Positions 30,710 to 40,602 of a stretch of 64,000 nt of DNA are shown in pieces. Numbering within the stretch: position 1 is the stretch's first letter; the number at the start of each line of letters is the position of its first letter. The position numbers were made by a program, and so were the translations under genes. The stretch is taken from the NCBI GenBank assembly GCA_964442795.1, contig CAYTZY010000001.1, positions 98,821 through 162,820 of the forward strand, read 5' to 3'. Below the pieces are notes generated by a model. It saw only the letters and a program-made list of their open reading frames with translations, searched no databases and was not told where the DNA came from. The DNA is from an uncultured Caulobacter sp. (GTDB lineage Bacteria; Pseudomonadota; Alphaproteobacteria; Caulobacterales; Caulobacteraceae).

Positions 30710-32119
30710 CTACTGCACCTCCGTCGTTTCGGTGGCCGCGCCGCGCTCGCGGACAGGCCTGTCCGGCGCGCCCTTGGGATTGGGCCTCGCGGGTTTGGCC
30801 TTCGGCGGCGGAGCGACCGCGGGTTCCGCCGCGGGTGTTGCGGGAACAGGCGCCGGAGCCGGGGCTGGTGTCGGCGCGGGCGCAGGGGCTGGAGCCGGGG
30901 CAGGGCGGGGCCGCTCCGGACGTGGACGGGGCGCCGGAGCCGGCATCGGAGCCGGAGCGGGCGCTGGAGCCGCCGCCTCCGGCGGACGGGCAGGTCTGAC
31001 CGGGCGCTCCGGACGGGGCCGGAAGACATCCGCCGGCGCAGGGGGCGGCTCGGCGACCGGCGCGGTCGGCGGCGGCATCGGACGAACCGGTCGCGGCCGT
31101 TCGGGACGCGGGCGGACAGCTTCGGGCCCGGGCGCCGGTTGCTCGACGACGGGCGGGCGCTCGGGGCGTTGAGGCCGCTCGGGACGCGGTCTCGCCGGCG
31201 GGACAGGGGTCGGCGCGGGCGGCGGGGTCTCGGCCACCGGCGGCCGTTCGGGGGCCGGGCGGTCCGGACGCCGGGGGCGGTCGGGGCGATCACCACGCTC
31301 CGGCCGCTCCGGCCGGTCGCGGTCTCGCACGACGGGCGGCGGGGGCGGCGCGACGACGGGCGGCGGCGCGGGCGGCGTCACCACGGGCGGGACCACCGGC
31401 GGCCGGTCGTCGGCGCGAGGCCGCTCGGGCCGGTCACGATCCCGGCCGCCGTCCCGGTCGCGGTCACGCCCACGGTCGCGACCCTCCTCGCGGCGACGCC
31501 AGGCGCGGTACTGTTCGTCGTCGAGCCGGCGGCGATCCTCGGCCTGGCTGCGGCGCGCGGCGCGGCGCAGTTCCTCGGCGCGCGCGGCGTAGCGTCCGGC
31601 CCACTCGGCGCGGCGGCGCATCTCGTCCCGGGCGAGGGCGCGGCGGGTGCGGGCGTCGTAGACCGTGACCAGCGCGCCGTCGTCGTAGCCGTACCAGTAG
31701 TCCGGATCCTGCACGAAGTAGGGCTCGTCCTCGCCGGGGCGGTAGTAGTACTGGCGCTCGCCGCCGCCGGCCAGGCGCTCGACCACGCGGCGCACGTTCT
31801 GGCCGTCCATCCAGACGGCCGGAGCCTGGTCGTCATAGTCGTAGACGTAGTCCGGCGGGGCATCGCCCCAGGAGTCGTCGTAGTCGCGCGCCTCGCGCCA
31901 GTAGTCGTCGGCCTGGGCGGGCGCGAGATCGGCCACGCGGGCGGCCGGCGCGGCGGGCAGGGCCTGCGGCGTGTCCGGCGCCATGGCCGTCGGCGCATCG
32001 TCGGACGGGGCCGGCGCCGTCGCGGGGGCAGGCGGCGCGGACGTGGGCGCAGGCGCGCGGTCACAGGCCGCGAGCAGGGTGGTCAAGGCCACGCCGGCCA
32101 ACAAAACACGCAACTTCAT
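30710..32119 (-). CDS. Pro/Arg-rich lipoprotein
   Basis: Lipobox LLAAC; Tyr/Asp-rich domain (YYYRPGEDEPYFVQDPDY); long RPERP/PA-repeat tail. Confidence 0.75.
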   Translation of the reverse strand: MKLRVLLAGVALTTLLAACDRAPAPTSAPPAPATAPAPSDDAPTAMAPDTPQALPAAPAARVADLAPAQADDYWREARDYDDSWGDAPPDYVYDYDDQAPAVWMDGQNVRRVVERLAGGGERQYYYRPGEDEPYFVQDPDYWYGYDDGALVTVYDARTRRALARDEMRRRAEWAGRYAARAEELRRAARRSQAEDRRRLDDEQYRAWRRREEGRDRGRDRDRDGGRDRDRPERPRADDRPPVVPPVVTPPAPPPVVAPPPPPVVRDRDRPERPERGDRPDRPRRPDRPAPERPPVAETPPPAPTPVPPARPRPERPQRPERPPVVEQPAPGPEAVRPRPERPRPVRPMPPPTAPVAEPPPAPADVFRPRPERPVRPARPPEAAAPAPAPAPMPAPAPRPRPERPRPAPAPAPAPAPTPAPAPAPVPATPAAEPAVAPPPKAKPARPNPKGAPDRPVRERGAATETTEVQ

Positions 32120-32208
32120 CGTCGACGCTCCACTGTCCGGCGGCAGCCGGACTTGCCCGATCAAACTAGACGGCGCACATGACCCCTCGCTGAACAAGGA
32201 GCCCCGCC

Positions 32209-33393
32209 ATGTCCCATGATCCTGTCGTGATTGCTTCGTACGCGCGTACCCCGATGGGGGGGTTCCAGGGGGCGCTGTCGGGCGTCAAGGCGACGGACCT
32301 GGGCGCCGCCGCCGTGCGCGCCGCGCTGGAGCGGGCCGGGGTGTCGGGCGAGGCGGTCGAGCAGATCTTCATGGGTTGCGTGCTGCCGGCTGGCCTGGGC
32401 CAGGCGCCGGCCCGCCAGGCGGCGCTGGCCGCCGGCCTGCCGCTGTCGGTCGAGGCGACGACGGTCAACAAGATGTGCGGCAGCGGCATGCAGGCCGCCA
32501 TCATGGCCCATGACGCCCTGGCCGCCGGCAGCGCCGACATCATCGTGGCGGGCGGCATGGAGAGCATGACCAACGCGCCCTACCTGATGACGAAGCACCG
32601 CGGCGGCGCCCGCATCGGCCATGATACGATCAGCGACAGCATGTACCTGGACGGCCTCGAGGACGCCTATGAGCCCGGCCGCCTGATGGGCTCGTTCGCC
32701 GAGGACTCGGCCCGCGCCTACCAGTTCACCCGCGAGGACCAGGACGCCTACGCCATCGAGAGCCTGACCCGCGCCCGCGCCGCCATCGACAGCGGCGCCT
32801 TCGCCGGCGAGATCACGCCGGTGACGGTGAAGACCCGCAAGGGGGAGGAGGTCGTCAGCGTCGACGAACAGCCGGGCAAGGCCGACCCGGCGAAGATCCC
32901 GACCCTCAAGCCCGCCTTCGCCAGGGACGGGACCATCACCGCCGCCAACGCGTCCTCGATCAGCGACGGCGCCGCCGCCCTGGTCATGACCCGCGAGAGC
33001 GTGGCCAGGAAACTGGGCCTGCCGATCGTCGCTCGCGTGGCGGCCCACGCCGCCCACGCCCAAGAGCCGGGCCAGTTCACCACCGCGCCGGTTCCGGCGA
33101 TGCGCAAGGCGCTGAGCAAGGCCGGCTGGAGCGTCGAGGACGTCGACCTGTTCGAGGTCAACGAGGCCTTCGCCGTGGTCGCCATGATCGCCCAGCGCGA
33201 GCTCGGCATCCCGCGCGACAAGCTCAACGTCAACGGCGGCGCCACCGCCCTGGGCCATCCGATCGGCGCGTCGGGCGCGCGGGTGCTGACCACCCTGCTG
33301 GCCGCCCTCAAGGCCCGCGGCGGCACGAAAGGCCTCGCCAGCCTGTGCATCGGCGGCGGCGAAGCCACCGCCATGGCCGTCGAACTGGTTTAG
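32209..33393 (+). CDS. Acetyl-CoA C-acyltransferase (thiolase)
   Basis: NKMCGSG, EVNEAF, GHPIGASG, CIGGG. Confidence 0.95.
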   Translation: MSHDPVVIASYARTPMGGFQGALSGVKATDLGAAAVRAALERAGVSGEAVEQIFMGCVLPAGLGQAPARQAALAAGLPLSVEATTVNKMCGSGMQAAIMAHDALAAGSADIIVAGGMESMTNAPYLMTKHRGGARIGHDTISDSMYLDGLEDAYEPGRLMGSFAEDSARAYQFTREDQDAYAIESLTRARAAIDSGAFAGEITPVTVKTRKGEEVVSVDEQPGKADPAKIPTLKPAFARDGTITAANASSISDGAAALVMTRESVARKLGLPIVARVAAHAAHAQEPGQFTTAPVPAMRKALSKAGWSVEDVDLFEVNEAFAVVAMIAQRELGIPRDKLNVNGGATALGHPIGASGARVLTTLLAALKARGGTKGLASLCIGGGEATAMAVELV

Positions 33394-33950
33394 CCGGCGA
33401 CGCCCGGTCGCTGCCAGCGACCGTCGACCAGCACCAGGACGTCTCCGGGCTTCACGTCCGCCGGACAGTCGCCCAGATGGCGGCCGGAGACGTCCTGCTT
33501 GGCGCCGCGGGTGACGCCGTCGAGGCTCATCACCGAGTCCGCCTTCATGACATAGGACTGGCTCAGGTCGCCGGTGAGCGTGCCGGAGCTGACGAACATG
33601 CGTCCGCCGCGCTCGCAGGCGATGTCGAAGGCGTGGCCCTCGGGCGTCTTGCGCCAGTCGCTGCGCGAGCAGTTGCGGCGGTCCATTCCCTGGGCGACGA
33701 TCGCGCTCTGGCCCTGGATATCGGGGTCGAAACAGGTGCGGACCTTGCCTTCCATCCCCGGCGTGCGGCTGGTCAGCTCCCAGAGGCCGCCCTGGACGGT
33801 CGGGGCCGCGTCGACGCCCGGCGGGACGGGGCCCGTCGGCGCCGGGGACGCCGCGGCGGCCTGATCTGCCGCTGCCGCAGGCTTTTGCGCGGCCCGGTCG
33901 CAGGCGGCGAGGCTGAGCGCGACAAGGCAGACGCCGGCGAGAATGCGCAT
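33390..33950 (-). CDS. DUF3617-like lipoprotein
   Basis: Lipobox LAAC; GLWELT; four conserved-looking Cys ending in RHLGDC. Confidence 0.7.
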   Translation of the reverse strand: MRILAGVCLVALSLAACDRAAQKPAAAADQAAAASPAPTGPVPPGVDAAPTVQGGLWELTSRTPGMEGKVRTCFDPDIQGQSAIVAQGMDRRNCSRSDWRKTPEGHAFDIACERGGRMFVSSGTLTGDLSQSYVMKADSVMSLDGVTRGAKQDVSGRHLGDCPADVKPGDVLVLVDGRWQRPGVAG

Positions 33951-34025
33951 GGGGAGACTCCAGAATTCACGGGCTCGCGACGATATCCGGGATCGCCGGA
34001 CCGCGCGAGACGCCTATAATGGGCC

Positions 34026-34298
34026 ATGGCCCACGTAACAGACAACACCGACGCCGGACGCTTCGAACTGGTCGAGGCGGGCCAGACCGCCTACGCCGAC
34101 TACCGGCTCGAGAACGGCCGCATGATCATCGACTATGTCTTCTCGCCGCCGGCTCTGCGCGGCGCCGGCACGGCCGGTCGGCTGATGGAAGGCGTGGTCG
34201 CCGACGCCCGCGCCCGGAACCTCAAGATTACCCCCCTTTGCGGTTATGCGGCGGCCTGGATCCGGCGCCATGGTGACGCTGCCGACCTACTGGCCTAA
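34026..34298 (+). CDS. Small GNAT acetyltransferase (YjdJ-like)
   Basis: RFEL...PALRGAGTAGRL...KITPLCGY. Confidence 0.88.
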   Translation: MAHVTDNTDAGRFELVEAGQTAYADYRLENGRMIIDYVFSPPALRGAGTAGRLMEGVVADARARNLKITPLCGYAAAWIRRHGDAADLLA

Positions 34299-34356
34299 CG
34301 ACGCTCCGTGTGTATGCTGGTACCGGGTCGGTGCTTTCTCCTTGGGGGTATCTGAT

Positions 34357-34836
34357 ATGATGAAATCCATGGTGACCGCCGGCGCTCTGGCGATCGCCGT
34401 TTCGTTCGCCGGCGCCGCCCAGGCGCAATCCTACCTTTCCGACTGGGGCATCGCCGACATGCGCCAGGCGGTGGTCGCCTCCGGCGCGACGGTGACGCGG
34501 GAAGACAATACCAAGGATCCCTACATCGCCGCCAAGACGGCCGCCGGGCTGAAGTTCACGATCACCGGTCGTGTCTGCGACGGCGCTGACGGGGCCAAGC
34601 GCTGCAAGGGCGCCCTGTTCCAGACCAGCTTCACGATGGACAGCGACTCGGAAGTCGACATCGCGGTCAAGAAGTGGGCCCCGCAGTTCGCCGCCACGTC
34701 CGTTTCGAACGACGGATCCAAGGGCCTGCTGCTCTCGCGCTACATGATCTTCGACTACGGCATTCACCGCGACAACCTTCGGCTCAACCTCCAGGTCTTC
34801 ACCGGCATCGCCGAAGACATCTGGGGTGAAATCTAG
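34357..34836 (+). CDS. Secreted YbjN-like domain protein, paralog 1
   Basis: Signal peptide AAQA; GLKF...VC...RCKG...SRYMIFDYGIHRDNL..NL.VF. Confidence 0.7.
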   Translation: MMKSMVTAGALAIAVSFAGAAQAQSYLSDWGIADMRQAVVASGATVTREDNTKDPYIAAKTAAGLKFTITGRVCDGADGAKRCKGALFQTSFTMDSDSEVDIAVKKWAPQFAATSVSNDGSKGLLLSRYMIFDYGIHRDNLRLNLQVFTGIAEDIWGEI

Positions 34837-34841
34837 GACAT

Positions 34842-35333
34842 ATGGAAAAGATGATGATGAAATCTCTCGCCTTCGCCGGCGCGCTCATGATGGCCGCCGC
34901 CGCGACACCCGCCGCCGCCCAGGGCAATCTGCTGAATGACTGGGGCATCGACGACGTCAAGCAGGCGTTCGCCAACATCGGCGTGACCGTGACCGACTCG
35001 GGCACCGAAGAATCGGGCGCGCTCTACGTCTCCGGCAAGACGCCCGAAGGCATGAAGTTCCTCGCCTACGGTACGGTCTGCTCGGGAACGCCCAAGCGCT
35101 GCAAGGGTCTGAACCTCAGCGCCGGCTTCACCCTGGAGAGCAACGCCGAGGTGGATCGCCGGGTCAAGGAAATCGACCGTATGGCCATCGGCGCCCGCAA
35201 CGGCGGCGACAACTCGCTCGACGTGAACCGCTACCTCATCTTCGATGACGGCATCACCCGCAAGAACCTCGAGATGAACATCTCGGTGTTCCTCGGCATC
35301 GCCGACGACATCTGGAACGGCGGCGGCACCTGA
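34842..35333 (+). CDS. Secreted YbjN-like domain protein, paralog 2
   Basis: Collinear with paralog 1 (DWGI, GMKF, VC...RCKG, RYLIFDDGI, VFLGIADDIW). Confidence 0.7.
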   Translation: MEKMMMKSLAFAGALMMAAAATPAAAQGNLLNDWGIDDVKQAFANIGVTVTDSGTEESGALYVSGKTPEGMKFLAYGTVCSGTPKRCKGLNLSAGFTLESNAEVDRRVKEIDRMAIGARNGGDNSLDVNRYLIFDDGITRKNLEMNISVFLGIADDIWNGGGT

Positions 35334-35419
35334 TCACGTCCGTCTGACGTTGCCCTCCCGCGAGGCGTTGATATCGTCGTCATCCACGGCGGCGCTCAAC
35401 GACCGCGCGGGAGGATTCC

Positions 35420-36691
35420 ATGGCCGGCTCCAACAGCGTTGACCAGGACCTGCGCCGCCGCGCCGAGGCGGTGATCCCGGGCGGCATGTACGGTCACCAG
35501 TCCGTCGCCCTGTTGCCGGACGACTATCCCCAGTTCTTCGCCAGCGGCGACGGCGCCTGGATCACCGACGTCGACGGTCGCCGCTACCTCGACTTCATGT
35601 GCGCCTACGGCCCGAGCCTGTTCGGTTACGCGCATCCCGGGATCGACGCGGCCTATGTCCGCCGCCTGGGCCAGGGCGACGCCCTGACCGGCCCCTCCGC
35701 CCTTATGGTCGAGCTGGCCGAGGCCATGGTCGCCATGGTCAGCCACGCCGACTGGGCGATGTTCTGCAAGAACGGCACGGACGCCACGACGATGGCGATG
35801 ATGGCTTCCCGCGCCCAGACCGGCCGCAAGACCATCGTGCTGGCCCGGGGCGCCTACCACGGGGCCGCGCCCTGGTGCACGCCCCGGCCCGGCGGCACGA
35901 CCGCCGAGGACAAGGCCAACCAGGTGTTCTGCACCTACAACGACATCGCCAGCCTCGAGGCCGCCGTCGCCACGGCCGGCGACGACCTGGCGGCCATCTT
36001 CGCCGCCCCGTTCCGCCACGACGCCTTCGTCGACCAGGCCGCGCCCGATCCCGCCTACGCCCGCCGCGCGCGGGAGCTGGCCGACGCATGCGGCGCCATG
36101 CTGGTGGTCGACGACGTGCGGGCCGGCCTGCGCGTGCTCCGCGACTGCAGCTGGGAAGCCATCGGCGTGCGGCCGGACCTGTCCACCTGGGGCAAGTGCA
36201 TCGCCAACGGCCACCCGATCTCTGCCCTGCTCGGCAATGATCGGGCGAGGCGCGGCGCCGCCTCGATCTACGTCACCGGCTCCTTCTGGTACGCCGGCGC
36301 GGCCATGGCGGCGGCGCTGGAGACGCTGCGGCTGGTGCGCGAGACCGACTATCTGGAGCGCATCCAGGGTCTGGGCGAACGCCTGCGCGCCGGGCTGGCC
36401 GAGCGGGCCTCCGCGGCGGGCTTCGGATTCCGCCAGACCGGGCCGGCGACCATGCCGCTGTTCCTGTTCGACGACGACCCCGACCTGCGCAAGGGCTTCT
36501 GCTGGTCCAGCGCCATGCTGGCGCGCGGCGTCTACGTCCACCCCTGGCACAACATGTTCCTGTGCGCGGCGATGACCGACGCCGATATCGACTTCGCCCT
36601 CGACGCGGCCGAACAGTCGTTTCAAACTCTGAAAATGCAGGCGCACGACCTGCCGCCGGTGGAGAAGCTCGCCTTCCTCGCCGCGCGATAA
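35420..36691 (+). CDS. Class III PLP aminotransferase, FumI (aminopentol aminotransferase)-like
   Basis: IPGGMYGH, MCAYGP, ADWAMFCKNG, GAYHG, VDDVRAG, WGKCIANG (PLP Lys), VHPWHNMFL. Confidence 0.88.
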   Translation: MAGSNSVDQDLRRRAEAVIPGGMYGHQSVALLPDDYPQFFASGDGAWITDVDGRRYLDFMCAYGPSLFGYAHPGIDAAYVRRLGQGDALTGPSALMVELAEAMVAMVSHADWAMFCKNGTDATTMAMMASRAQTGRKTIVLARGAYHGAAPWCTPRPGGTTAEDKANQVFCTYNDIASLEAAVATAGDDLAAIFAAPFRHDAFVDQAAPDPAYARRARELADACGAMLVVDDVRAGLRVLRDCSWEAIGVRPDLSTWGKCIANGHPISALLGNDRARRGAASIYVTGSFWYAGAAMAAALETLRLVRETDYLERIQGLGERLRAGLAERASAAGFGFRQTGPATMPLFLFDDDPDLRKGFCWSSAMLARGVYVHPWHNMFLCAAMTDADIDFALDAAEQSFQTLKMQAHDLPPVEKLAFLAAR

Positions 36692-36709
36692 CGATACGGG
36701 AGGACGGCG

Positions 36710-38137
36710 ATGGGCTTCGCGAACTACGCGGAATACGACGGGCTGGGCCTCGCCGAGCTGGTGGGCAAGGGCGAGGTGACCCCTGCCGAGCTGGTCGAGG
36801 CTGCCATCGAGCGCATCGAGCGCCACAATCCCGCGCTCAACGCCGTCGTCCACAAGGCCTATGACGAGGCGCGCAAGACCGCCGCCGGCGCTCTCCCGGA
36901 CGGGCCGTTCAAGGGCGTGCCGTTCCTGATCAAGGACCTGGGCGCCAAGGTCACCGGCTGGCCGCGCAGTTCCGGCTCCAACTACGCCCAGGTCGCCGCC
37001 GACACCGAAGACAGCGAGTTGATCCGCCGCTACCGCGCCGCCGGCGTCGTGCTGGTCGGCAAGTCCAACACCCCCGAGTTCGGCATTCCCGGCGTCACCC
37101 AGTCCGAGCGGCTGGGCCCCTGCGGCAATCCCTGGAACCCTGAGCACATCAGCGGCGGCTCATCCGGCGGCGCGGCCAGCGCCACGGCCTCAGGCATGGT
37201 CCCTCTGGCCCACGCGAGCGACGGCCTCGGCTCCATCCGCATCCCCGCCGCCAATTGCGGCCTGGTCGGGATGAAGGTCACCCGCGACCGCACCCCGATC
37301 TGCGAGGTCACCGACGGCGCGATGGGCTTCTCGGTCCACCATGTGGTCAGCCGCACGGTCCGCGACAGCGCCGCCATGCTGGACGCCACCGACGGCCCGC
37401 AGCCGGGCGATCCCTTCACGCATCCGACAAAGGAGCGGCCCTTCCTGGAGGAGGTCAGCCGCAGCCCCGGCAAGCTGAAGATCGCCTGGTCGGTCGAGAC
37501 GCCCAGCGGCCGGCCGATGAGCGACGAGATGATCGCCGCGACGCACCGCACGGCCGAGACGCTCAAGGCCCTCGGCCACGACGTCTTCGAGATGGGCCTG
37601 GGCATCGACTACCGGCAGATGTACCGCGCCCAGGGTCTGGTCTCGGCCAGCAACTTCGCCGCTTCCATGCAGCGCTGGGTCGAGGCGCTCGGGCGGGAGC
37701 CGGAGCCGGGAGAGCTCGGTCCGCTGGCCCAGCGCGCCTGGGACGCCGGCCGTCGCGTCTCCGGCCAGCAGGCCCTGTGGGGCTGGCAGCAGCTGCGCCT
37801 CAGCAACATCCAGATCCTCGAGCGCTTCCAGAACTTCGACGTCTACCTGACCCCGACCATGAGCCGCACCTCGCCGCGCATCGACGAACTGGACCCGCTG
37901 GTCGGCGACCTGAAGGACTTCGACCGCAATCAGGCCAGCACCTACGGCACCACCCCCCCGTTCAACTTCACCGGCCAGCCGTCGCTGTCCCTGCCGCTCT
38001 GGCAGAGCGGCGACAACCTGCCGATGGGCATGATGTTCACCGGCCGCTTCGGCGACGAGGCGACGCTCTACCGGCTGGCGGGCCAGCTGGAAAAGGAACT
38101 GCCCTGGGCCGGCAGGAAGCCGCCGGTTTGGGGCTGA
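36710..38137 (+). CDS. Amidase-signature family amidase
   Basis: GVPFLIKDL, GGSSGG, SDGLGSIRIPA. Confidence 0.95.
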   Translation: MGFANYAEYDGLGLAELVGKGEVTPAELVEAAIERIERHNPALNAVVHKAYDEARKTAAGALPDGPFKGVPFLIKDLGAKVTGWPRSSGSNYAQVAADTEDSELIRRYRAAGVVLVGKSNTPEFGIPGVTQSERLGPCGNPWNPEHISGGSSGGAASATASGMVPLAHASDGLGSIRIPAANCGLVGMKVTRDRTPICEVTDGAMGFSVHHVVSRTVRDSAAMLDATDGPQPGDPFTHPTKERPFLEEVSRSPGKLKIAWSVETPSGRPMSDEMIAATHRTAETLKALGHDVFEMGLGIDYRQMYRAQGLVSASNFAASMQRWVEALGREPEPGELGPLAQRAWDAGRRVSGQQALWGWQQLRLSNIQILERFQNFDVYLTPTMSRTSPRIDELDPLVGDLKDFDRNQASTYGTTPPFNFTGQPSLSLPLWQSGDNLPMGMMFTGRFGDEATLYRLAGQLEKELPWAGRKPPVWG

Positions 38138-38151
38138 CGGCATAGCCGCAC

Positions 38152-38269
38152 TGCGTCCTTCGCGACGCTCGCTTGAGGCTCGCTCCTCAGGATGACGAGC
38201 GTGGTTTGGTCGCAACAGCCTTCGTCATGGTGAGGAGCCGGCTCTCGGGCCGGCGTCGCGAACCACGCA
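38152..38269. repeat. Family B inverted pair, diverged
   Basis: TGCGTCCTTCGCGACG...CTCCTCAGGATGACG / CGTCATGGTGAGGAG...CGTCGCGAACCACGCA. Confidence 0.82.
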
Positions 38270-38294
38270 ACGCATCGACGCTTCGGAGACATCC

Positions 38295-39257
38295 ATGAAA
38301 GCCGCCGTCTACTACGAGAACGGAACCCCCGACGTCCTGAAGTACGAGGACGTGCCGGACCCCGTCTGCCATCCCAAGGGCGTCATCATCCGGGTGCTGG
38401 CAGTCAGCATCGAGGGCGGCGACACCCTGAACCGCTGGGGCGGGCCGCTGGTCACCACGCCGCACATTGTCGGCTACCAGGCGTCCGGCGAGATCATCGA
38501 GGTGGGGTCGGAGGTCACGCACCTGAAGGTCGGCCAGAAGGTCGCCACCGTCGACGGCTACGGCAGCCACGCCGAGCTGCGCCCCGTCCCGGCCCGCAAC
38601 TGCTGGCCGATCCCCGACGGCCTCGACCCGCGACTGGCCGCCGTTATCCCGGTCGCCTTCGGCACCGCCCACGACTGCCTGTTCGAGTTCGGCCGCCTGA
38701 AGGCGGGCGAGACCGTGCTGGTCCAGGCGGGCGCCTCGGGCGTGGGCCTGGCCGCCATCCAGCTGGCCAAGGCGGCCGGCGCCACGGTGCTGGCCACCGC
38801 CTCCAGCGACGAGCGGCTGGACCGGCTGAAGGCCTACGGGTTGGACCACGGCATCAACTACAGGACCGACGACGTCGCCCGGGCGGTGATGAAGATCACC
38901 GACAAGAAGGGCGTCAACCTGGTCGTCGACAGCGTCGGCGGCGCCACCCTGGCCGGCTCGCTGGCCTCGCTCGCCTATCGCGGCCGCTGCTCGATGGTCG
39001 GCAACGCCGGCCGCGAGCCGATGACGGTGGACGTCTCCAGCCTGATGGGCGGCAACCGCTCGCTCAGCGGCGTCTTCCTCGGCGCCGAGATCATGACCGA
39101 CCGCGCCCACGACATGATCCAGGGCCTGATCGAGGACGCCGCGAAGGGCGTGTTCAAGGTCGTCATCGACCGCGAGTTCCCGCTGTCGGAAGCGGCCGCG
39201 GCGCACGCGTACATCGAGAGCCGGCAGGCCGTCGGGCGGGTGCTGATGATCCCGTAG
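38295..39257 (+). CDS. MDR-family NADPH:quinone oxidoreductase
   Basis: [22 protein letters not shown]; no zinc ligands. Confidence 0.9.
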   Translation: MKAAVYYENGTPDVLKYEDVPDPVCHPKGVIIRVLAVSIEGGDTLNRWGGPLVTTPHIVGYQASGEIIEVGSEVTHLKVGQKVATVDGYGSHAELRPVPARNCWPIPDGLDPRLAAVIPVAFGTAHDCLFEFGRLKAGETVLVQAGASGVGLAAIQLAKAAGATVLATASSDERLDRLKAYGLDHGINYRTDDVARAVMKITDKKGVNLVVDSVGGATLAGSLASLAYRGRCSMVGNAGREPMTVDVSSLMGGNRSLSGVFLGAEIMTDRAHDMIQGLIEDAAKGVFKVVIDREFPLSEAAAAHAYIESRQAVGRVLMIP

Positions 39258-39266
39258 TGTGATGTT

Positions 39267-39440
39267 CCTCCCCCACTTGGGGGAGGGGGACCACCCGAAG
39301 GGTGGTGGAGAGGGAAGCGTCGGCATCAAAGGGCTTGGTTATGGCCTGGATGAAGACGAACGCTGCGCCCAGCCATCTGGCCGCCGACGCTTCCCGCTCC
39401 ACCATGCTCCGCATGGTCCCCCTCTCCCAAAAGGGAGAGG
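39267..39440. repeat. Family A inverted pair
   Basis: Homologous to 22925-23074; shares CCCGCTCCACCATGCTCCGCATGGTCCCCCTCTCCC. Confidence 0.88.
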
Positions 39441-39489
39441 ATTGCGCGCCGCGACTTCAGCAACAGCCCCCAGACCCCATATGCCCTCC

Positions 39490-40491
39490 ATGACCACGCT
39501 CTCCGTTCTCGACCTCGCCCCTGTCGTCCAGGGCTCCACCGTCAAGCAGGCGCTGCACAACAGCCGCGACCTGGCCCAGCACGCGGAGCGCTGGGGCTAC
39601 AACCGGTTCTGGTTGGCCGAGCACCACAACATGCGCGGCATCGCCAGCGCGGCGACCAGCGTGCTCATCGCCCATGTGGCGGAAGGCACCTCGACCCTCC
39701 GGGTCGGGGCCGGCGGCATCATGCTGCCCAACCATGCGCCGCTGCAGATCGCCGAGCAGTTCGGGACGCTGGCGGAGCTCTACGGTCCGCGCATCGATCT
39801 GGGCCTGGGCCGCGCACCGGGGACCGACCAGCTGACCGCCCGCGCCCTGCGCCGGACCATGGTCGGCGACGTCGACCGCTTCCCGCAGGATGTCGTCGAG
39901 CTGCTCCATTTCCTGAAACCTGCCGTCCCCAACCAGGGCGTCGTCGCCACGCCGGGGGAGGGGACCAACGTGCCTGTCTGGATCCTGGGTTCCAGCCAGT
40001 TCGGGGCCCATCTGGCGGCGGCGCTCGGCCTGCCCTACGCCTTCGCCTCCCACTTCGCCCCGGCCGAGATGGAGGCGGCCATCGCCGCCTATCGCGCGAA
40101 GTTCGAGCCGTCAGAATACCTCGACAAGCCCCACGTGATGCTGGGCGTGAACATCATCGCCGCCGACACCGACGAGGAGGCGAAGCTGCTGTTCACCTCG
40201 CTGCAGCAGGCCTTCGTCAACATGGCCATGGGCACGCCCGGCCGCCTGCCGCCGCCGCTGGAGGGCTTCGGCGACCGGCTCGACGGCATGGCCTCTGCGC
40301 GACTGGTGCAGGCGTTGCGCTGCTCGATCGTCGGCGGGCCGGAGACGGTGCGCAAGGGCCTGGCCGACTTCGTGGCCTATACGGGCGCGGACGAGCTGAT
40401 GGTCACCGCCTCGGTCCACGACCACGCCAAACGCCTGCGCTCGTTCGAGATCACGGCGGAGGCGAACCGGGCGAGGGCGGAGGCGGCTTAG
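39490..40491 (+). CDS. Luciferase-like (LLM) flavin-dependent oxidoreductase, YhbW-like
   Basis: [39 protein letters not shown]. Confidence 0.93.
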   Translation: MTTLSVLDLAPVVQGSTVKQALHNSRDLAQHAERWGYNRFWLAEHHNMRGIASAATSVLIAHVAEGTSTLRVGAGGIMLPNHAPLQIAEQFGTLAELYGPRIDLGLGRAPGTDQLTARALRRTMVGDVDRFPQDVVELLHFLKPAVPNQGVVATPGEGTNVPVWILGSSQFGAHLAAALGLPYAFASHFAPAEMEAAIAAYRAKFEPSEYLDKPHVMLGVNIIAADTDEEAKLLFTSLQQAFVNMAMGTPGRLPPPLEGFGDRLDGMASARLVQALRCSIVGGPETVRKGLADFVAYTGADELMVTASVHDHAKRLRSFEITAEANRARAEAA

Positions 40492-40498
40492 GGGGATC

Positions 40499-40595
40499 GG
40501 GGACAGGTTAAGGTGTCCCTACAGGGACACCTTAACCTGTCCCCCACGCCATGCTCCGAAAGCGACGGGGGACACGCACTGAAGTGCATGTCCCC
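40499..40595. repeat. Family C palindrome (40499-40544) plus family E hairpin (40567-40595)
   Basis: GGGGACAGGTTAAGGTGTCCC-TACA-GGGACACCTTAACCTGTCCCC and GGGGACACGCACTGAAGTGCATGTCCCC. Confidence 0.92.
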
Positions 40596-40602
40596 GTCGG
40601 CG

